From assembly GCA_044892525.1 (NCBI GenBank), contig CM097885.1:47555727-47619726 (forward strand): a stretch of DNA of 64,000 nt, read 5' to 3'. Each line of letters opens with the position of its first letter. Position 1 is the stretch's first letter. Of this stretch, positions 59,866-64,000 are shown piece by piece. The translations under genes and the position numbers were made by a program. The stretch is from Schmidtea polychroa (taxonomy: Eukaryota). Under the pieces are notes generated by a model. The model was not told the origin of the DNA and did not search any database. It worked only from the letters and a program-made list of their open reading frames with translations.

Positions 59866-60855
59866 TTAAAAAAATAAGACTTTATTCTTCTGAGCACCAT
59901 CTGGCACCAATACTCGGATATCAAAAGAAACTCTTGTTGAGAGAATATCTTTATACAATTCCATCAATGCTTTACGAACTTCATCAACATCAACCTTTTT
60001 TTCATAAAATATTAAATCTATATAATCCACAAGTGTGCTTTTAAAATTAATATTCTTACTTTTAACTTTATGTAGTCCATGTGAATGAGTATTAACATAC
60101 CAATCTCCGTGTGGTAAATCATAACTAGTCATTATAACATCACCCTTTTCAAGCTTACTATTATAATCACATTTCACAAACCATTTCATTCTTTCATTAT
60201 CATCATCAAATAAAAAGAAATAAGGATCAATAATCTTTACAACCATAAAAACACTCCATTCTTTACTATTTGTTATTATTAAAGTTGGTTCTATAAAATG
60301 TTTATATGTATGGGGTAATAATGTTTTATTCTGTTCTAATTCAGCAGCTCTTTTTCTAATACTATGTGTGGTGTTAATGTGTGTTGTATGAGATTCTAAA
60401 TTTGAAAGTCTTTTATTAAATGATGTAATCATCTCATTTATTATATTATATATTGTATTAAATTTAGTATTCATAATTTGTTTATCTTTAGAATTTAATA
60501 TACTAGTATTTAACTTTACAACTTGTTCAGTTAACAGACTTTGTAACTTGTCAAATTTATCATTAAATCGTTGTTCGTTATTATTAAGCTTTGATTCCAT
60601 TGAATCAATTTTTGTTGTTAATGAACTTTCAATTTTTGTTGTTGTTAAATCAGTATATTTCTTATTAACTGCATCAGCTTCATCAATTGGTAAAGATAAA
60701 TCTTTTATCTTGTGTCCATTTAAATTTAAATCTCCTTTCATTGAATCACCTCTTTCATTAATATATTTATTTTCTGTTAAAGTTAATATTTCTTCTGCAT
60801 TAAACCCTGTTTTTATTGTTCCACCACCTCTATTACATGGAATATAAGAACTCAT
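59866..60855 (-). CDS. Putative fiber/spike-like protein
   Basis: Tail-fiber-type repeat GDSMKGDLNLNGHKIKDL..P....DAVNKKYTD followed by a coiled coil; directly downstream of the penton. Confidence 0.6.
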   Translation of the reverse strand: MSSYIPCNRGGGTIKTGFNAEEILTLTENKYINERGDSMKGDLNLNGHKIKDLSLPIDEADAVNKKYTDLTTTKIESSLTTKIDSMESKLNNNEQRFNDKFDKLQSLLTEQVVKLNTSILNSKDKQIMNTKFNTIYNIINEMITSFNKRLSNLESHTTHINTTHSIRKRAAELEQNKTLLPHTYKHFIEPTLIITNSKEWSVFMVVKIIDPYFFLFDDDNERMKWFVKCDYNSKLEKGDVIMTSYDLPHGDWYVNTHSHGLHKVKSKNINFKSTLVDYIDLIFYEKKVDVDEVRKALMELYKDILSTRVSFDIRVLVPDGAQKNKVLFF

Positions 60856-60874
60856 TTATTAATAATTTAAAATG

Positions 60875-61549
60875 TCAAACCTGTTTCAAATGTAAATACA
60901 TTGAAATCTCTTCTCCATTAAAATCAATCAATTCTCCTTCTTGATTAAGAATTTTAAAATTAATATCCATTATATATTTTCTACATAAAGGTAAATAATT
61001 TGGAGGATTCATTCTTTCAACTATTTTATATCCCATAGGAACTGTGTTTGAGGGAAAGGAATATAAAATATTACTTTGTTTACCATTATTATAAGAACCT
61101 GTTATACAATCGCAATGAATATTTATTGTGTTTGTATTTATTATTTTTATAATATTTTCTGATGTAACTTCAGGTGTGGTATAATGGTTTTGTGTAAATC
61201 CTAAAATTGTTCTAAAGAAACTATTATTTTGAAACCTAAGTCCTATATTCTTTAAAGTCATTATACATTTTGAAGTTGGTAAATCTATTTTAATTTCAAT
61301 AGCTCCATTTGTTTTTTTAGAAAGTATATTATTTAAATCTTTTATCTCATAAGCCCCGGGTTCTATTATTATTATGTTATACTCCGTTTTTAGGGGGCTT
61401 ACATAACTAAATGTGTTAATATCTTTAGTTATATTAAAAATAGTATTATAAGCACAAAACCATAATAGACCTAATTCATAATTTAAATTTTGATCTAATT
61501 TTATTGAATCTTCAAAATTTATAGTAAAGTCTGATTCTTTTGAATTCAT
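60875..61549 (-). CDS. Minor capsid protein (penton)
   Basis: IEPGAYEIKDLN, INIHCDCITGSY.NG....ILYSF....P.GYKI.E...P.YLP, LNQEGELIDFNGE. Confidence 0.85.
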   Translation of the reverse strand: MNSKESDFTINFEDSIKLDQNLNYELGLLWFCAYNTIFNITKDINTFSYVSPLKTEYNIIIIEPGAYEIKDLNNILSKKTNGAIEIKIDLPTSKCIMTLKNIGLRFQNNSFFRTILGFTQNHYTTPEVTSENIIKIINTNTINIHCDCITGSYNNGKQSNILYSFPSNTVPMGYKIVERMNPPNYLPLCRKYIMDINFKILNQEGELIDFNGEEISMYLHLKQV

Positions 61550-61625
61550 AGATATTTATCTGAATATTTATTTGAATATTTATCTGACATTATGTTTACC
61601 ATTTTTTTTAATTATCTTCCATTTC

Positions 61626-62111
61626 TTATAGTAGAGATTTTAAATCATTATAAATTTCTTGGATTAAGGAAGTGAAACAGTAGTCCCCTTTGGACAGAGT
61701 CCCTTGAGATTTATTCAATCTATACAAAACATATAAGCTTAAAATACCACATATTTTAGTATTATTAGGTTGAACTTGTAAATAATTAAAAGTATAGTCT
61801 CTCTTCGAGCTTACTCCGGACAGATAGTCTTCAACTACTTTAGTGGGTTTAATCCCAAAAGAATCAAAGTAGATTGGGACTTCGTCCATATATATACAAA
61901 CCCAATGAGATCCTTTTTCATTTGAATTTTGATAATTTATAATGATATTCTTTGGAGTGACCCTTTGACCTTTGACCTTCGGACCTTTCAATTCATTATT
62001 CATTAATATTTTTATTTTTAAATTTAAATAATCTGCATAATCTTTTAAATCAAAATTTGTTTTTGCATTTATTCCAAATGTTTTTAAAAAATCTAATATT
62101 GAAGGAGTCAT
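61626..62111 (-). CDS. Adenain-like cysteine maturation protease
   Basis: IINYQ..KGSHWV, YFDSFG, QVQ..TKICG (His/Asp/Gln/Cys). Confidence 0.9.
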   Translation of the reverse strand: MTPSILDFLKTFGINAKTNFDLKDYADYLNLKIKILMNNELKGPKVKGQRVTPKNIIINYQNSNEKGSHWVCIYMDEVPIYFDSFGIKPTKVVEDYLSGVSSKRDYTFNYLQVQPNNTKICGILSLYVLYRLNKSQGTLSKGDYCFTSLIQEIYNDLKSLL

Positions 62112-62953
62112 TTTATATACTTATTAAATTTATCTTTTGAAATTATTCCTTGTTTTAACAAATCTTTAGAAATCTTTAAAATATCAGAATCTAAATTATT
62201 ATGTCCTGCTTTTTTAGCTGCTAATAGTTTTCTTAATTCAATAAAAAGATTGATTGGGTTTGCAGCCACAGGCATCCCCTTACCCTCTGTAACAACATAA
62301 CCCCTTTCATTTTTATTTAAATAATTCTTTAAATCTTGAATATGTTTTGCTTTAGAACTACCATGTATTAATTTTATTAAGTTTAAATATTTATCAATTT
62401 CTTCTTTCTTAACATCATCTGGAAGATATCCAGAAATTAATCCATGAAAACCATCTGAAAGTTCAATGTCTACACGCTCTCTATTCATAAAAGTATTTGT
62501 TGAAATAATCGCTGGATTATTTTTTGAATTTAAATATATATAAAATTTTTGATTATTAATTGTTATTGTTTGAAAACCTCTAGGATCATAACCTATAGTA
62601 GGTATAATTGATGGAGCTAGTGATGTATTAATTTTAAAATTAATTGGAGTCTTAAGAGGTGTTAATCTTGAAAGAAATTCATCTTCTTCTAAATCAATAG
62701 TATTTCTACGTTTTCTTAAACCCATTAATCTTGATAATTCCTTTTTAGAAGGTTCTATAGCTTTAAGTTCAGGGGTTAGAGGAGCTTCTATAGTTTTAAG
62801 TCCCTCTATAGCTTTAATTGTTGGCCCCTGTTGTTGTGTTATTACCTCATTTAATATTATAGATTCAGCATGTTGAGTTGTATCTTTTTTATTATATTTA
62901 TCTTGTTCAGATTGTAATTTTTTTAAAAGTGCTAATCTTTCTTCATATACCAT
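62108..62953 (-). CDS. Maverick conserved hypothetical (core-like) protein
   Basis: C-terminal GKG..NPINLFIELRKLLAAKKAGHNN motif resembling Polinton ORFs; intact 281-aa ORF overlapping the protease start (ATGA). Confidence 0.65.
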   Translation of the reverse strand: MVYEERLALLKKLQSEQDKYNKKDTTQHAESIILNEVITQQQGPTIKAIEGLKTIEAPLTPELKAIEPSKKELSRLMGLRKRRNTIDLEEDEFLSRLTPLKTPINFKINTSLAPSIIPTIGYDPRGFQTITINNQKFYIYLNSKNNPAIISTNTFMNRERVDIELSDGFHGLISGYLPDDVKKEEIDKYLNLIKLIHGSSKAKHIQDLKNYLNKNERGYVVTEGKGMPVAANPINLFIELRKLLAAKKAGHNNLDSDILKISKDLLKQGIISKDKFNKYIK

Positions 62954-62975
62954 TTTTATGGTATTAAAAATGGTA

Positions 62976-63584
62976 TCAATGGGGTTCGAAGGGCTTCAAG
63001 TATAAACCTTTACCATTTTTAGTTTTACAAAGGCATCCATTCTTTAAAGATTTACATATTTTTTTTAAATCATCTTTATCTTTTGAAGATAAAGATTCAG
63101 ATGTAGAAATTTGATTTTTTAAAAAATTATTTAAACCTTTACCTTTATAAGGATCAAGATAGAGACCATTTCCCTTGGACAGAGTCCCCTGAGACTTTTG
63201 ACCTTCAGACAGAGTCCCCTCATATGGATTAAGATAGAGGCCTTTTCCCTTAGCTTGCCCTACCTTCTTCATTGAATCGATTTCAGTTTGTAGTTTTTCT
63301 TTTTCTAGGTCTGTCTTTTGAGATTCTTTAGCTTTTTGAACTGTAGTTGCAATTCCTCCAGCTATGCCAGCAGCACCTGATAAACCAGCAATGATTGCAG
63401 GTATTAAAGCAGCTAATGGAAGAATGCCGCCGGATTTGGAGTAACTCCCTATACGTTCTTTAACTTGTTCTTTTACATGTTTTCCAATAAAATATTTTTT
63501 ACCATCAATTACTACTGATTTATTTTTATTTGAATTTATTAATTCTTGCAAAGATTCTTCAGTAGGGGAACTCTTCGAGGTCAT
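62976..63584 (-). CDS. Maverick core/membrane-lytic precursor-like protein
   Basis: SGG-ILPLAALIPAIIAG hydrophobic peptide after a GG site; repeated G[KN]GLYLxP[YF] motifs. Confidence 0.65.
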   Translation of the reverse strand: MTSKSSPTEESLQELINSNKNKSVVIDGKKYFIGKHVKEQVKERIGSYSKSGGILPLAALIPAIIAGLSGAAGIAGGIATTVQKAKESQKTDLEKEKLQTEIDSMKKVGQAKGKGLYLNPYEGTLSEGQKSQGTLSKGNGLYLDPYKGKGLNNFLKNQISTSESLSSKDKDDLKKICKSLKNGCLCKTKNGKGLYLKPFEPH

Positions 63585-63599
63585 TTTTAAATAAATAAA

Positions 63600-64000
63600 A
63601 TGGATGTACGAAGTCCAATAATTTGGAAACCAATTTTAAATAGACATAAATCTAAATTTAATAATAAAGTATTTCCTGATAATTTTAGATTATTAATTGT
63701 TGGTTCTTCTGGATGTGGAAAGAATGTACTTGTTTTGAAAATGTTGCTTGAAGATGGTTTTTTAGATTATAATAATTTAATCTTTTACTCTACAACTATA
63801 AATCAACCAGAATTACAACTTTTGAAATGTGGATTTGAAAATAAATTAACTAAAAAAGCAATAATTGATATTTTTAAAAATCAACATAGATGTCCTGAAG
63901 AAGTTTTTCAACCTTGTGATATGGTTGATTGGTATAAGGAAAAGATTTTAGAATCAGATATTAATAATAATAATGATTATAGTTGTGAAGATCAGGGGCA
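63600..64000 (+). CDS. Packaging ATPase (A32/FtsK-HerA), partial at the window end
   Basis: MDVRSP..FPDNFRLLIVGSSGCGKNVLV..FLDYNNL; open to the window end and absent from the ORF track. Confidence 0.85.
   Translation, partial: MDVRSPIIWKPILNRHKSKFNNKVFPDNFRLLIVGSSGCGKNVLVLKMLLEDGFLDYNNLIFYSTTINQPELQLLKCGFENKLTKKAIIDIFKNQHRCPEEVFQPCDMVDWYKEKILESDINNNNDYSCEDQG

Larger units (their letters stand above)
54513..64000. mobile_element. Maverick/Polinton (adintovirus-like) endogenous element; continues beyond the window, left terminus unresolved
   Basis: pPolB, penton, adenain and ATPase clustered as intronless ORFs. Major capsid and integrase not seen within the window. Confidence 0.95.

Noticed and set aside
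54860..63602. AAAATG start context as a virus-specific late promoter
   Set aside because: Host PK genes use the same AAAATG context, so it is probably the host Kozak preference.

Overview
AT-rich eukaryotic (invertebrate-like metazoan) genomic window dominated by transposon debris and inverted duplications. Host genes: two nearly identical, convergent two-exon pyruvate kinase genes (17522-19371 +, 38316-40168 -) from a ~4 kb inverted duplication, and two small paralogous secreted Cys-containing genes (6930-7379, 29443-29913) with an IL-17/cystine-knot-like pattern. The right end (54.9-64 kb) is a largely intact Maverick/Polinton (adintovirus-like) element: pPolB with one in-frame stop, a two-TM protein, fiber-like protein, penton, adenain protease, two core-like proteins and a packaging ATPase that runs off the window. 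Just before it lie a Pol III tRNA-like unit and a giant ~13.2 kb palindrome (6.1 kb arms). Several older Polinton remnants are scattered through the window; one pairs a packaging ATPase with a TATA-binding-protein-like gene. Other debris includes hAT, Merlin, Tc1 and piggyBac elements, Penelope-like elements with hammerhead motifs, and many (AAT)n/(TA)n microsatellites. All family assignments come from motif recognition by eye; no searches were run.
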